Shown: positions 1 to 9,948, counted from the stretch's first letter. The stretch is DNA of 49,328 bases from a virus (IMGVR_UViG_2778261065_000024:1-49328), one strand, 5' to 3'. The notes: a model not told the origin generated them from the letters alone. Numbers and translations: made by a program.

Positions 1-1521
1 TTATTCAGGCTTTAATTTATTGATAATAGAATCTACCATTTTAATGCCTGCCTCATTGACTATGACTGAATTGACTACTCTATCAAAATAGTCTTCTATA
101 TGGTGGGAAAATAGGAAAGCAGCACTTGATGGTTTTTTGTTCTTTTCAACTGCAGATTGCAAGACTTCATGAGGCGGAATTTTAAACCTTTTGCATGATG
201 CAATGAGATATTCAAACTCTTCAAATGATAGACAAAAAATATTCTCTGTAGGGATATGATAGTTATGTTTAAACTTGTCATATATCTTATTCATCTCATC
301 TTTAGCATAAGTATTAGCTAGGATACTACCATTGCCTAAGAAAAGGTTTTTATATGTAATGCAAATGATATATGAGTTAGCCCTGAATGGAGCTATTATT
401 CGCTCATTAGAGTATATTTCTCGATTAACTTCGTGAGATTGTTCGATTGCTTTTAATACCGATTTCTTTATTTTTCCTGCAATATCCTCAGGGCGTAATG
501 TTACCATGCCTTTTTGGTGTATCTCAACGCCTTTAGCATCAATGAAAATATTTGCCTCAGTATGTGGAATGAAATAATCAACTACTTTATTATCTTTAGG
601 TAGTCGTTCTTTAAGGTATTTTTCGTTATGAAAATCAATTTCGCTTTCTTTTAGTATTAATTCCAGTGCATTTTCAAATACATTTCCAAAGCTATCCATG
701 AACTTCTCGGCATCAGTTCTTCTTAAAAGATCATATATGAACGTCTGTATGCTTGTTGAAGTCAGTTGTGTGTGTATCTGAAAATACTCTGAACCTTTTT
801 TTATTAATGGTTTTTCAAGGAAAGGTGATGATGAGTAGTATTCAAGCAAAGGTTTATCATAGGTTTTTGATTTGCAAAATGTAGATAGTTCATTGTAATT
901 TATTGATATTGCATCAAGAAATTTCTCAATGGTATTTCTAGGAATGATGTCAAATAATATAGTAAATGTATCTACATTCATTTTTCTCACGGGATGCTCT
1001 TCTGTTATGTGAGTTATTAATATGTAAGATAGCTTAAGAAAGTCTTCGATAGATACATTCGTGATAGTAAAAAAACTTGTCTTTATTTTATGGTTTTTTT
1101 CAAGTTCTGAAAATAGAAAGACTTGTCTGCTAATTGTGTTTAGAGCGTCAATTTTCTGGTAGATTCCTTGTTGGTATAGATTATTTCTAATGAAGAAATG
1201 CATGCCATTCTTCCTCTCAAGACCGATAGGAATAATGTTCAAGGTTTCATAAGTTTTTTGGAAGAGTTTTATTGCTTGATTTTTATCGAGGATTTTGAAT
1301 TTTTTATTCTTGCCAGTTACTGACGCAGACCACTTTAGACATAAATTAACAATCCAAGGCATGTGTCGTAACATGTGGATATTATCTTCAAATTTTTGTA
1401 AGTTATATTGCATACAGAATTCGATAAATAAATCAGGGGAATAACCTTGGATTTCTGAACGAATAGCATCCATTCTTAACTTTGCAACCGCATCAGATTG
1501 AATATCTAATTTTTGAATCAC
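1..1521 (-). CDS. hypothetical 506-aa protein; AT-rich cargo gene directly downstream of the prophage integrase; family not recognised
   Basis: Uninterrupted 506-codon ORF (TAA at 1-3) starting 12 bp after the int stop, same strand; visibly AT-rich relative to neighbouring phage genes; C-terminal half has VVDYF...IFIDAKG, which could be a PD-(D/E)xK-like motif (tentative). Confidence 0.7.
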   Translation of the reverse strand: MIQKLDIQSDAVAKLRMDAIRSEIQGYSPDLFIEFCMQYNLQKFEDNIHMLRHMPWIVNLCLKWSASVTGKNKKFKILDKNQAIKLFQKTYETLNIIPIGLERKNGMHFFIRNNLYQQGIYQKIDALNTISRQVFLFSELEKNHKIKTSFFTITNVSIEDFLKLSYILITHITEEHPVRKMNVDTFTILFDIIPRNTIEKFLDAISINYNELSTFCKSKTYDKPLLEYYSSSPFLEKPLIKKGSEYFQIHTQLTSTSIQTFIYDLLRRTDAEKFMDSFGNVFENALELILKESEIDFHNEKYLKERLPKDNKVVDYFIPHTEANIFIDAKGVEIHQKGMVTLRPEDIAGKIKKSVLKAIEQSHEVNREIYSNERIIAPFRANSYIICITYKNLFLGNGSILANTYAKDEMNKIYDKFKHNYHIPTENIFCLSFEEFEYLIASCKRFKIPPHEVLQSAVEKNKKPSSAAFLFSHHIEDYFDRVVNSVIVNEAGIKMVDSIINKLKPE

Positions 1522-1533
1522 AATAGGTCTCCA

Positions 1534-2547
1534 CTACAAATTATAAAGAGGATTTTTAGTCACCGCGTCTTCAAGGTGATCGGGCGAAAAGTGGGCGTAA
1601 ATCATGGTCATTTTTATATCGGCATGACCCAAAATATCACGCAGTACCAGTATGTTTCCGCCGTTCATCATAAAGTGACTGGCGAATGTATGGCGAAGCA
1701 CGTGGGTGCATTGGCCCTCCGGTAGGTCAATACCGGCCCGCTTTACTGCCCGCTCAAAGGCTTTTCTGCATGGCGTGAATAACTTTCTTCTGTTTTTGGG
1801 GAGTTCATCATACAGATCCTGAGATATCGGCACAGTACGGTTTTTCTTGCCTTTTGTTTTTGTATAAGTAATTCGGTATTTCGATATTTGATGGCCCTGC
1901 AGATTTTCGGCTTCACTCCACCGTGCGCCAGTAGCCAGGCATATTTTTGCAATCATTAGTAAGCTAGGGCTTTGAGATTCAGCACATGCCGCCAACAGGC
2001 GCTTGATTTCGTCCGTGGAAAGAAAAGCCAGCTCACCTTCGGCAATTTTGAAGGTCGGAAGTCCTGCCAGCGGGTTTGGTGCTGACCAGTGTCCTAGTTT
2101 TTTTAATGTACCGAACACAGATGATAGATTGCGCTGTTCAAGGTTTACCGTGCGGGGCTTAACGGGCGACATCAGCGTGCCATCTTCATTTCGCACTTCA
2201 CCTTTTAGCCGTGCTTCGCGGTATTTCGTAAAGTCACCGGCAGTCAGCTCTGAAGCGATGGGATCGCCCAGACCATTACAGATAATTCCAAGTTTCGCCA
2301 TGAGTCGCTTGGGGTCTGCGAGTGTTTGACCATACAGGGAATACCACAGCTCAATTAATTCTGATAGGTGTCGCCGATCTTCCTTTTCTCCCAGCCAAGG
2401 TTTCTTGTTTACCTCGTCCATGGTGAAATTCTCAAACGCAATGGCTTCGCCTTTCGTCGCAAATTGTTTGCGTACGCGTTTGCCATCTCGCCCGTTTGGG
2501 TAGCATTCACATAACCACTTTCCGTTCGGCTGTTTTCTGATGGTCAT
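1534..2547 (-). CDS. int: tyrosine integrase, P2/186 family
   Basis: 337 aa; N-terminus MTIRKQPNGKW..GKRVRKQFATKGEA and C-terminal HVLRHTFASHFMMNGGNILVLRDILGH typical of P2-family integrases; sits next to the repressor. Confidence 0.9.
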   Translation of the reverse strand: MTIRKQPNGKWLCECYPNGRDGKRVRKQFATKGEAIAFENFTMDEVNKKPWLGEKEDRRHLSELIELWYSLYGQTLADPKRLMAKLGIICNGLGDPIASELTAGDFTKYREARLKGEVRNEDGTLMSPVKPRTVNLEQRNLSSVFGTLKKLGHWSAPNPLAGLPTFKIAEGELAFLSTDEIKRLLAACAESQSPSLLMIAKICLATGARWSEAENLQGHQISKYRITYTKTKGKKNRTVPISQDLYDELPKNRRKLFTPCRKAFERAVKRAGIDLPEGQCTHVLRHTFASHFMMNGGNILVLRDILGHADIKMTMIYAHFSPDHLEDAVTKNPLYNL

Positions 2548-2548
2548 A

Positions 2549-3181
2549 TCAAAGGCTCTTAATGATTTTCAGTGCGCGGCCTATTACCTCAATGTCATCC
2601 AGTTCGCACTCAAACGATGAATCATCCTGATGCACTACTAATCTGTTTCCCGGGAGTCGTGTCAATTTTACAATGCTTTTTATCCCGTCGATGTCCACTA
2701 ACCACGTACCATTTACTGGTGGTGTTTGGTTGCGATCTATTAAATAAGAATCACCAGAAGTAGTCACCAGCAGCAGGTTGCTTGAGTCTGAGGGGAGTAT
2801 GCTGCTATCAATGATTGCTTTTCCAGCATCGATCAGCAAACCTCCGTTGAGAGTTGCCTTGTCAATTTCAGGAGATACAAGCTCCGAAAGAGGTTTAACT
2901 TTGCTAGAGTTCACGGAATTGATATTTTTTTTAGGGTCAATGTTTGAACCTGGATCGCCCTGTCCGGTAGTTAGCCACAGTAAAGAAACTCCTGTTTCCA
3001 AAGCGCACTGAATCACCCATTCTGCAGGAAAACTATCTCTTAAGTATCTGTTTGCCATAGTGCTTTTTGATGCGCCCAAGTGATCGCAAAGTTGCTGTCT
3101 GGACTTGAAATCATAGGCTGCCATTAGCCTATGGATAGCCTCTCTTCCCCCTGTATTCTCGCCAGCTTTTACTTGTATCAT
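2549..3181 (-). CDS. cI: CI-type immunity repressor (phage 186-like)
   Basis: 210-aa ORF divergent from an Apl-like gene and upstream of int; N-terminal HTH-like region; position and size fit 186 CI; no clear LexA-type cleavage motifs. Confidence 0.65.
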   Translation of the reverse strand: MIQVKAGENTGGREAIHRLMAAYDFKSRQQLCDHLGASKSTMANRYLRDSFPAEWVIQCALETGVSLLWLTTGQGDPGSNIDPKKNINSVNSSKVKPLSELVSPEIDKATLNGGLLIDAGKAIIDSSILPSDSSNLLLVTTSGDSYLIDRNQTPPVNGTWLVDIDGIKSIVKLTRLPGNRLVVHQDDSSFECELDDIEVIGRALKIIKSL

Positions 3182-3192
3182 TTTTTAATCCT

Positions 3193-3221
3193 GTTGACGT
3201 ATCAAATATTGGATCGTAGTA
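3193..3221 (+). promoter_or_regulatory. candidate sigma70 lytic promoter (pR-like): -35 TTGACG, 17-bp spacer, -10 TAGTAT
   Basis: TTGACG at 3193-3198 and TAGTAT at 3216-3221 in the cI/apl divergent intergenic region, pointing towards apl. Confidence 0.45.
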
Positions 3222-3240
3222 TCTTGGTGTATCAAATATT
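3198..3240. promoter_or_regulatory. two direct repeats GTATCAAATATTG (3198-3210, 3228-3240), candidate operator sites
   Basis: Exact 13-bp direct repeat 30 bp apart, overlapping and downstream of the putative promoter between repressor and apl. Confidence 0.4.
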
Positions 3241-3300
3241 GAATCAAATAAAACAAGATAAAACGACGTAAACCAAACCTTAATCGAGAGATACTGCACT

Positions 3301-3549
3301 ATGAGCAACGACATTTCAATTCGTGTACCAAAAGTGATGGCGACACCAGCTGAGTTCGCGGAATGGGAAGGCCGCTCTCGCGGTTCGGTATATCAAATGA
3401 TTCATAATGGTAAACTCGCTAAATTCTTGGAAAGAAAAGAAAAACCGAAAGACAGAGTATGTATACGTTACCTTGAGTACAAAAAGGAACAAGTCAGGAA
3501 AAACATGGGCCAATCCAATTTCAACTTTAATGTCATCGTTGGTGACTAA
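3301..3549 (+). CDS. Apl/Cox-like excisionase and transcriptional regulator
   Basis: 82-aa ORF, first gene of the rightward early operon, divergent from the repressor; position and size fit 186 Apl. Confidence 0.55.
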   Translation: MSNDISIRVPKVMATPAEFAEWEGRSRGSVYQMIHNGKLAKFLERKEKPKDRVCIRYLEYKKEQVRKNMGQSNFNFNVIVGD

Positions 3550-3581
3550 GTTCAATTATGAGAACTTTCTAAGGGGGCAGC

Positions 3582-4091
3582 ATGTTTGATTACAAGATTT
3601 CCAAACATCCGCATTTTGATGAAGCCTGTAGAGCTTTTGCACTACGTCACAATATGGCAAAGCTGGCAGAACGTGCAGGAATGAATGTTCAGACACTGCG
3701 AAACAAACTCAATCCAGAGCAACCGCATCAGCTCACCGCACCAGAAATCTGGTTGCTTACCGATCTGACTGAAGATTCAACGTTGGTAGACGGTTTTCTG
3801 GCACAGATTCATTGTCTGCCATGTGTTCCGATTAATGAGGTGGCAAAAGAGAAACTGCCGCATTACGTCATGAGTGCAACTGCAGAGATCGGGCGTGTTG
3901 CTGCAGGTGCGGTATCTGGCGATGTAAAAACCAGTGCAGGTCGTCGTGATGCTATCAGCAGCATTAACTCTGTAACACGACTGATGGCGCTGGCGGCTGT
4001 TTCATTGCAGGCCCGTTTACAGGCTAATCCTGCGATGGCAAGTGCAGTTGATACTGTAACTGGCCTCGGTGCGTCATTCGGTTTGCTGTGA
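3582..4091 (+). CDS. cII: CII-like lysogeny establishment regulator (186-type)
   Basis: 169 aa, the same length as 186 CII, immediately after the apl-like gene; N-terminal HTH-like region (QTLRNKLNPEQP). Confidence 0.65.
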   Translation: MFDYKISKHPHFDEACRAFALRHNMAKLAERAGMNVQTLRNKLNPEQPHQLTAPEIWLLTDLTEDSTLVDGFLAQIHCLPCVPINEVAKEKLPHYVMSATAEIGRVAAGAVSGDVKTSAGRRDAISSINSVTRLMALAAVSLQARLQANPAMASAVDTVTGLGASFGLL

Positions 4092-4299
4092 GGTGCTTAT
4101 GCTGACGAAAGAACCATCATTTGCATCGCTGCTGGTAAAACAAAGCCCGGCAATGCACTACGGTCACGGCTGGATCATGGGGGAGGATGGTAAACGCTGG
4201 CATCCGTGCCGTTCACAAGATGAATTGCTGGCAGAACTATCTACGAAAAAACGGGGGAACAAATGGCTATTGAAGGCGCTGCGGCGACTGTTCCATTAA
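4069..4299 (+). CDS. hypothetical early protein (76-aa ORF; start uncertain)
   Basis: ORF in the early operon, overlapping neighbours; no recognisable motifs. Confidence 0.35.
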   Translation: MRHSVCCEVLMLTKEPSFASLLVKQSPAMHYGHGWIMGEDGKRWHPCRSQDELLAELSTKKRGNKWLLKALRRLFH

Positions 4300-4604
4300 G
4301 CCCCGGTGAACGCCTGAATGGACTTAACCATATTGCGGAGTTAAGGGCGAAAGTATTTGGCCTGAATATTGAGTCAGAGCTTGAGCGGTTTATTAAAGAT
4401 ATGCGTGATCCACGGGATATCAATAACGAACAAAATAAACGGGCACTGGCTGCTATATTCTTTATGGCAAAAATTCCAGCTGAACGTCATAGCATCAGCA
4501 TTAATGAGCTGACCACTGACGAAAAGCGGGAGTTGATTAAAGCAATGAATCATTTTCGTGCAGTGGTGAGCTTATTTCCCAGACGGCTAACCATGCCGAA
4601 TTAA
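4263..4604 (+). CDS. hypothetical early protein (113 aa)
   Basis: ORF in the early operon between cII and A; start uncertain. Confidence 0.45.
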   Translation: MAIEGAAATVPLSPGERLNGLNHIAELRAKVFGLNIESELERFIKDMRDPRDINNEQNKRALAAIFFMAKIPAERHSISINELTTDEKRELIKAMNHFRAVVSLFPRRLTMPN

Positions 4605-4671
4605 CCAACTAATGAAATTAATGGCGTAAACCCGCCGGGTATCCCTTTATCTAAATTCAGGAGAATTGATT

Positions 4672-4905
4672 ATGCGTAATATTGAAACCCTCACGACTAA
4701 AACCGGACCGGATGATGCAGGGCTTAATATTTTACTGACAGAGGCTCGTCTGGAAGAACGCCGGGCAAGGGCTGAAGCAATGGCAGCTCGCCTTGATAGC
4801 CTGGCGTGTCATATCACATCCCGCCAGCTAAACCACGTCGAAGCAGCAGAACTACTGCGTGTAACTGCTGAAGCAATCCAGAACGAAGCGCAGGAGATCC
4901 ACTAA
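4672..4905 (+). CDS. hypothetical early protein (77 aa)
   Basis: ATG at 4672 preceded by CAGGAG 8 nt upstream; in the early operon. Confidence 0.5.
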   Translation: MRNIETLTTKTGPDDAGLNILLTEARLEERRARAEAMAARLDSLACHITSRQLNHVEAAELLRVTAEAIQNEAQEIH

Positions 4906-5132
4906 TGGCTGATGCAATGGATCTTGTACAGCAGCGCGTTGAAGAAGAACGCCAGCGCCATATCCGTGCTGCCCGTGCCAAAACGCCGGGCGTGTCCCGC
5001 GTGCTTTGCATTGAGTGTGAAGCGCCAATTCCGCCAGCACGCCGCCGCGCCATTCCAGGTGTGCAGCTTTGCATTACCTGTCAGGAAATCGCAGAACTGA
5101 AAGGCAAACATTACAACGGAGGTGCTGTATGA
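4905..5132 (+). CDS. TraR/DksA-family C4 zinc-finger protein
   Basis: 75 aa with CIECE...(17)...CITCQ, i.e. CxxC-x17-CxxC; CAGGAG RBS; stop overlaps the dam start (ATGA). Confidence 0.65.
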   Translation: MADAMDLVQQRVEEERQRHIRAARAKTPGVSRVLCIECEAPIPPARRRAIPGVQLCITCQEIAELKGKHYNGGAV

Positions 5133-5986
5133 GCACCATCCTGAAATGGGCGGGAAATAAAACCGCCATTATGTCCGAACTGAAAAAACACCTTCCTGCT
5201 GGCCCGCGACTGGTTGAACCTTTCGCGGGTTCCTGTGCTGTGATGATGGAGACGGATTACCCCAGCTATCTGGTTGCGGATATTAATCCTGATTTAATCA
5301 ACCTCTATAAAAAGGTTGCCGCTGATTGTGAATCGTTTATATCTCGCGCCAGAGTTTTATTTGAGATCGCAAACAGGGAGGTGGCTTATTACAACATAAG
5401 GCAGGAGTTTAATTACTCCACTGAAATTACTGATTTCATGAAAGCGGTATATTTCCTGTATCTCAATCGTCACGGTTACCGTGGTTTATGTCGCTATAAC
5501 AAGAGCGGGCATTTCAACATTCCCTACGGTAATTATAAAAATCCGTATTTCCCTGAAAAAGAAATTCGCGCATTTGCAGAAAAAGCCCAGCGGGCAACGT
5601 TTATCTGCGCCAGCTTTGATGAAACGCTGGCGATGTTGAAGGCGGGGGATGTGGTGTATTGCGATCCGCCGTATGACGGCACGTTTTCCGGTTATCACAC
5701 TGACGGCTTCACTGAAGATGACCAGTATCACCTGGCATCCGTTCTTGAACATCGGTCATCAGAAGGACATCCGGTCATTGTTTCTAACAGTGACACATCC
5801 CTGATCCGTTCGCTGTATCGCAATTTTACTCACCACTACATCAAGGCAAAACGCAACATCGGTGTGGCAGCTGGCGAGGGTAAATCAGCAACAGAAATCA
5901 TTGCTGTTTCCGGGCCGCGCTGCTGGGTGGGATTTGATTATTCGCGTGGCGTGGACAGTTCTGCCGTGTACGGAGTACGTGCATGA
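5129..5986 (+). CDS. dam: DNA adenine methyltransferase (Dam-like, GATC N6-adenine MTase)
   Basis: N-terminal [16 protein letters not shown] (SAM-binding motif) and catalytic DPPY (VYCDPPYDG); overlaps neighbours as in an operon. Confidence 0.85.
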   Translation: MSTILKWAGNKTAIMSELKKHLPAGPRLVEPFAGSCAVMMETDYPSYLVADINPDLINLYKKVAADCESFISRARVLFEIANREVAYYNIRQEFNYSTEITDFMKAVYFLYLNRHGYRGLCRYNKSGHFNIPYGNYKNPYFPEKEIRAFAEKAQRATFICASFDETLAMLKAGDVVYCDPPYDGTFSGYHTDGFTEDDQYHLASVLEHRSSEGHPVIVSNSDTSLIRSLYRNFTHHYIKAKRNIGVAAGEGKSATEIIAVSGPRCWVGFDYSRGVDSSAVYGVRA

Positions 5987-8397
5987 GTCATGCCGATATG
6001 AACAACTGCTGCGGCTTTAACGAGGCTACCGCAGCATTCTCATGGAACAGCCCGAAAAAGGCCATTAACCCTTATCTGGACCCGGCGGAAGTTGCGCCGG
6101 TTTCTGCGCTTTCAAACCTGATCACTCTGTACGCTGCCGATAACGAGCAGGAACAACTGCGCCGTGAGGCACTGAGTGATCAGGTCTGGGAGCGTTATTT
6201 CTTTAATGAATCCCGTGATCCTGTCCAGCGCGAAATGGAGCAGGATAAGCTAATTAGCCGGGCAAAGCTGGCGCATGAGCAGCAGCGTTTTAATCCAGAC
6301 ATGGTCATTCTGGCGGATGTCAACGCCCAGCCTTCCCATATCAGCAAGCCGCTGATGCAACGTATTAAATACTTCAGCAACCTGGGCAGGCCAAAGGCTT
6401 ATTCCCGCTATTTGCGTGAGACGATTAAGCCATGCTTGGAACGACTGGAGCATGTACGCGACAGCCAGCTATCTGCATCTTTTCGTTTTATGGCAAGCCA
6501 TGAAGGGCTGGACGGTCTGCTGATCCTGCCTGAAATGAGTCAGGATCAGGTGAAACGCCTGTCCACCCTTGTCGCTGCGCATATGAGCATGTGTCTTGAT
6601 GCCGCTTGTGGTGATTTGTACGCCTCCGATGATGTTAAGCCGGAAGAAATCCGCAAGACATGGGAAAAGGTGGCAGCAGAAACCCTGCGACTGGATGTCA
6701 TACCGCCTGCGTTTGAGCAACTCCGCCGGAAAAGAAACCGCCGCAAACCTGTGCCCTATGAACTCATTCCGGGTTCGCTGGCGCGTATGCTGTGCGCCGA
6801 CTGGTGGTATCGGAAATTATGGAAGATGCGTTGCGAATGGCGGGAAGAGCAGTTGCGTGCTGTCTGTCTGGTCAGCAAAAAAGCATCTCCCTATGTCAGC
6901 TATGAAGCCGTGATGCATAAACGTGAGCAGCGCCGTAAGTCGCTGGAGTTTTTCCGTTCTCATGAACTGGTGAACGAAGACGGCGACACGCTGGACATGG
7001 AGGATGTGGTAAACGCCAGCAGCAGCAACCCTGCGCATCGCCGCAATGAGATGATGGCCTGTGTTAAAGGCCTGGAGCTTATCGCGGAAATACGCGGTGA
7101 CTGCGCCGTTTTCTACACCATCACCTGTCCGTCACGTTTCCATTCCACGCTAAATAACGGCAGGCCCAACCCGACCTGGACAAATGCGACGGTAAGACAA
7201 AGCAGTGATTATCTGGTTGGCATGTTTGCTGCATTTCGTAAGGCGATGCACAAAGCCGGATTGCGCTGGTATGGCGTGCGGGTGGCTGAGCCGCATCATG
7301 ACGGTACAGTTCACTGGCACCTGTTGTGTTTTATGCGCAAAAAAGATCGCCGCGCCATTACTGCTTTGTTGCGTAAGTTTGCCATTCGTGAAGACCGCGA
7401 GGAGCTGGGGAATAACACGGGACCACGCTTTAAGTCTGAGTTGATTAACCCGCGCAAAGGAACGCCGACAAGCTACATCGCGAAATATATCAGTAAGAAC
7501 ATTGACGGGCGTGGTCTGGCTGGCGAGATCAGCAAGGAAACGGGTAAATCCCTGCGTGATAACGCTGAATACGTGAATGCCTGGGCGTCTCTGCATCGTG
7601 TTCAGCAATTCCGCTTCTTTGGCATTCCGGGGCGTCAGGCTTACCGTGAACTGCGATTGCTGGCTGGTCAGGCGGCAAGGCAACAGGGTGACAAAAAAGC
7701 AGGTGCGCCGGTACTGGATAACCCGCGCCTTGATGCAATCCTGGCTGCTGCTGATGCTGGTTGTTTTGCCACCTACATCATGAAGCAGGGCGGCGTACTG
7801 GTTCCCCGTAAATATCACCTCATCAGAACCGCTTATGAAATCAACGAAGAGCCAACCGCCTATGGCGATCACGGTATTCGTATTTATGGCATCTGGTCAC
7901 CCATTGCAGAGGGCAAGATCTGCACTCATGCAGTGAAGTGGAAAATGGTTCGTAAGGCCGTTGACATTCAGGAGGCGGCAGCCGACCAGGGCGCTTGCGC
8001 CCCTTGGACTCGTGGCAATAACTGTCCCCTTGCTGAAAATTTGAACCAACAGGAGAAAGATAAATCAGCTGATGGGGGCCCCAGAACGGACTTTACCCGC
8101 ATGGATGACAAGGAGTTGCACGATTACCTGCACAGTATGAACAAAAAGGGGCGCCGGGAACTGGCTGCAAGGTTACGTCTGGTGAAACCGAAACGGCGTA
8201 GAGACTACAAACAGCGAATTACAGACCATCAACGACAGCAGCTCGTCTATGAACTGAAATCCAGAGGATTTGATGGCAGCGAGAAAGAGGTCGATTTACT
8301 CCTTCGCGGCGGCAGTATTCCGTCAGGAGCAGGCCTGCGTATCTTCTATCGGAACCAGCGTTTGCAGGAAGATGATAAGTGGCGGAACCTGTATTAA
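5983..8397 (+). CDS. A: replication initiation endonuclease gpA (rolling-circle)
   Basis: 804 aa; conserved block shared with the second copy at 41425-44247 ([36 protein letters not shown]); position after the early genes. Confidence 0.9.
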   Translation: MSHADMNNCCGFNEATAAFSWNSPKKAINPYLDPAEVAPVSALSNLITLYAADNEQEQLRREALSDQVWERYFFNESRDPVQREMEQDKLISRAKLAHEQQRFNPDMVILADVNAQPSHISKPLMQRIKYFSNLGRPKAYSRYLRETIKPCLERLEHVRDSQLSASFRFMASHEGLDGLLILPEMSQDQVKRLSTLVAAHMSMCLDAACGDLYASDDVKPEEIRKTWEKVAAETLRLDVIPPAFEQLRRKRNRRKPVPYELIPGSLARMLCADWWYRKLWKMRCEWREEQLRAVCLVSKKASPYVSYEAVMHKREQRRKSLEFFRSHELVNEDGDTLDMEDVVNASSSNPAHRRNEMMACVKGLELIAEIRGDCAVFYTITCPSRFHSTLNNGRPNPTWTNATVRQSSDYLVGMFAAFRKAMHKAGLRWYGVRVAEPHHDGTVHWHLLCFMRKKDRRAITALLRKFAIREDREELGNNTGPRFKSELINPRKGTPTSYIAKYISKNIDGRGLAGEISKETGKSLRDNAEYVNAWASLHRVQQFRFFGIPGRQAYRELRLLAGQAARQQGDKKAGAPVLDNPRLDAILAAADAGCFATYIMKQGGVLVPRKYHLIRTAYEINEEPTAYGDHGIRIYGIWSPIAEGKICTHAVKWKMVRKAVDIQEAAADQGACAPWTRGNNCPLAENLNQQEKDKSADGGPRTDFTRMDDKELHDYLHSMNKKGRRELAARLRLVKPKRRRDYKQRITDHQRQQLVYELKSRGFDGSEKEVDLLLRGGSIPSGAGLRIFYRNQRLQEDDKWRNLY

Positions 8398-8467
8398 TTA
8401 CGCTGGTTAACAATTCGTGCTCTTAATAATACCAGGCATATCAGGCTGATAAGCGTAAAAAAAACGT

Positions 8468-8510
8468 TTTACATCAGTAAGATTATTATATACTGTAAAT
8501 ATAAACAGTG
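8468..8510 (+). promoter_or_regulatory. SOS-regulated promoter: TTTACA -35, TATACT -10, overlapping LexA box TACTGTAAATATAAACAGTG (8491-8510)
   Basis: CTGT-N8-ACAG core (CTGT 8493-8496, ACAG 8505-8508), close to the LexA consensus TACTGTATATATATACAGTA, 40 bp upstream of the 8552 ORF. Confidence 0.6.
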
Positions 8511-8551
8511 GTTATACATACAGCATTGCGTGTGGTGTCATAGGAGGAAAG

Positions 8552-8740
8552 ATGCAGGACTATTTTTTGGAGTCTTTGAAGCTCCAGCGCATTGATTTTT
8601 TTCTTAAGCTTGTAGCGGCTAGTGAGTGTAGTGATGAAGAGAAGGGGCTGGCTCTGCAGTGGGTTTCTGAATTGACTGATGAACTCATGGCAAAAATCAG
8701 AAGCCACGAATACAACCGCTCAATGGATGTCATCAGCTGA
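8552..8740 (+). CDS. small protein (62 aa), possibly a Tum-like antirepressor N-terminal module
   Basis: ATG preceded by TAGGAGGAAAG; downstream of the LexA box; followed 10 bp later by a DinI-like gene. Confidence 0.45.
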   Translation: MQDYFLESLKLQRIDFFLKLVAASECSDEEKGLALQWVSELTDELMAKIRSHEYNRSMDVIS

Positions 8741-8750
8741 GGTGACTTTT

Positions 8751-8984
8751 ATGCGCATTGAAATAATGATCGATAAAGAGCAGAAGATTAGCCAGTCTAC
8801 CCTGGACGCCCTTGAATCCGAGCTTTACCGCAATCTGCGCCCCCTGTATCCCAAAACGGTAATCCGTATCCGTAAAGGTAGCTCTAACGGTGTGGAACTG
8901 ACCGGACTGCAACTGGACGAAGAAAGAAAACAAGTGATGAAAATTATGCAGAAGGTGTGGGAAGACGACAGCTGGCTGTATTGA
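8751..8984 (+). CDS. DinI-family protein
   Basis: 77 aa MRIEIMIDK....TVIRIRKGSSNGVELTGLQLDEERKQVMKIMQKVWEDDSW, resembling the DinI family fold; GAGGTG RBS. Confidence 0.75.
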   Translation: MRIEIMIDKEQKISQSTLDALESELYRNLRPLYPKTVIRIRKGSSNGVELTGLQLDEERKQVMKIMQKVWEDDSWLY

Positions 8985-9097
8985 TTTTGTCAATAGACGC
9001 TTGTTTTTACTAATCAAAAAGGGTTACATATGAGTGAGAGGCGATGTCAATCAGATATCGCCTTGTTTTTTGTCAAGAAAAGAATAATAGGCTAAAA

Positions 9098-9775
9098 ATG
9101 AAAATTAATAATGTAGCGTTACCAATATCTCTTGCTGTAATCCTAACTGGTTGCGTGCCACATGCTTCTAACCGAAATATCACTGCTATTGAAGTGGTGA
9201 AGCCTGCTATTGGGCAAAGTGCTACCGCCTACATGGGCGATCCCATTATCACATCTGCTACTGGATTTAAAACGGACGTACTAGAACTTGGTGCGGCTAA
9301 TGGTGCATTGTCTTCTATCGCTGCTGGTACATATTGCAGTGAGGGGAATGGAATTTACCGCAATTATCATAACCCTCAAGCTGTTGCGTTAAAAAATCTC
9401 TATGGGCAAATCGGTAACTATGTTGATTATGTTAGTTACGATGCTGCAAAAAATGAGATATCACCGCCAAATGGTACTTCTTATACTGCATCAGAAATTT
9501 CTATCAAACGTGTTCCTGATGGGCTGTGTCGAGTTAGTAACTCATTGGTTAAGACTATCGAATACAATGGAAATGCAGGCGGTGTAATGAAGTTCACCTA
9601 TCGTGAATTTGCAAACGATATGGCTCGTGCAGCATTTACAACAGATTTTTCTGTAGATTCTAAGGGAAGTGACGTTATCGCTTACAAAGGTGCCAAGTTC
9701 AAAGTGAACAAGGCTGATAACTCGTCTATTTCTTATACAATTATTTCTGGCTTTGACAAGGCTGTCACGTTCTAG
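9098..9775 (+). CDS. putative lipoprotein (cargo gene; function unknown)
   Basis: N-terminus MKINNVALPISLAVILTGC with lipobox LTGC; alternative start at 9044 with GAGAGG RBS; moderately AT-rich; lies between A and the packaging genes. Confidence 0.7.
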   Translation: MKINNVALPISLAVILTGCVPHASNRNITAIEVVKPAIGQSATAYMGDPIITSATGFKTDVLELGAANGALSSIAAGTYCSEGNGIYRNYHNPQAVALKNLYGQIGNYVDYVSYDAAKNEISPPNGTSYTASEISIKRVPDGLCRVSNSLVKTIEYNGNAGGVMKFTYREFANDMARAAFTTDFSVDSKGSDVIAYKGAKFKVNKADNSSISYTIISGFDKAVTF

Positions 9776-9879
9776 GTTTCACGCTTACTGAGTATGTTAC
9801 GATTTTGCACATTCTGCATAAGCGCGCATGTCTATGCTGCATGAGATCGCATGATCGTTTGAGGATCTTTTGTGTTAAG

Positions 9880-9904
9880 GCCCGCCAGTTCTGGCGGGCT
9901 TTTG
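9880..9904 (+). terminator. rho-independent terminator candidate downstream of the lipoprotein gene
   Basis: GCCCGCCAG-tt-CTGGCGGGC hairpin followed by TTTTG. Confidence 0.5.
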
Positions 9905-9948
9905 CGTAGATCATGCAGGTGCATGAAAACCACTACATAAAGCGGGCA

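Noticed and set aside
2549-3181. LexA-like autocleaving (S24 peptidase) repressor
   Set aside because: No clear Ala-Gly cleavage site or Ser/Lys dyad; the SOS box at 8491-8510 upstream of a Tum-like module argues for 186-style antirepressor induction instead
7150-7872. 240-aa minus-strand ORF inside replication gene A
   Set aside because: Antisense to a conserved gene; no RBS or operon context
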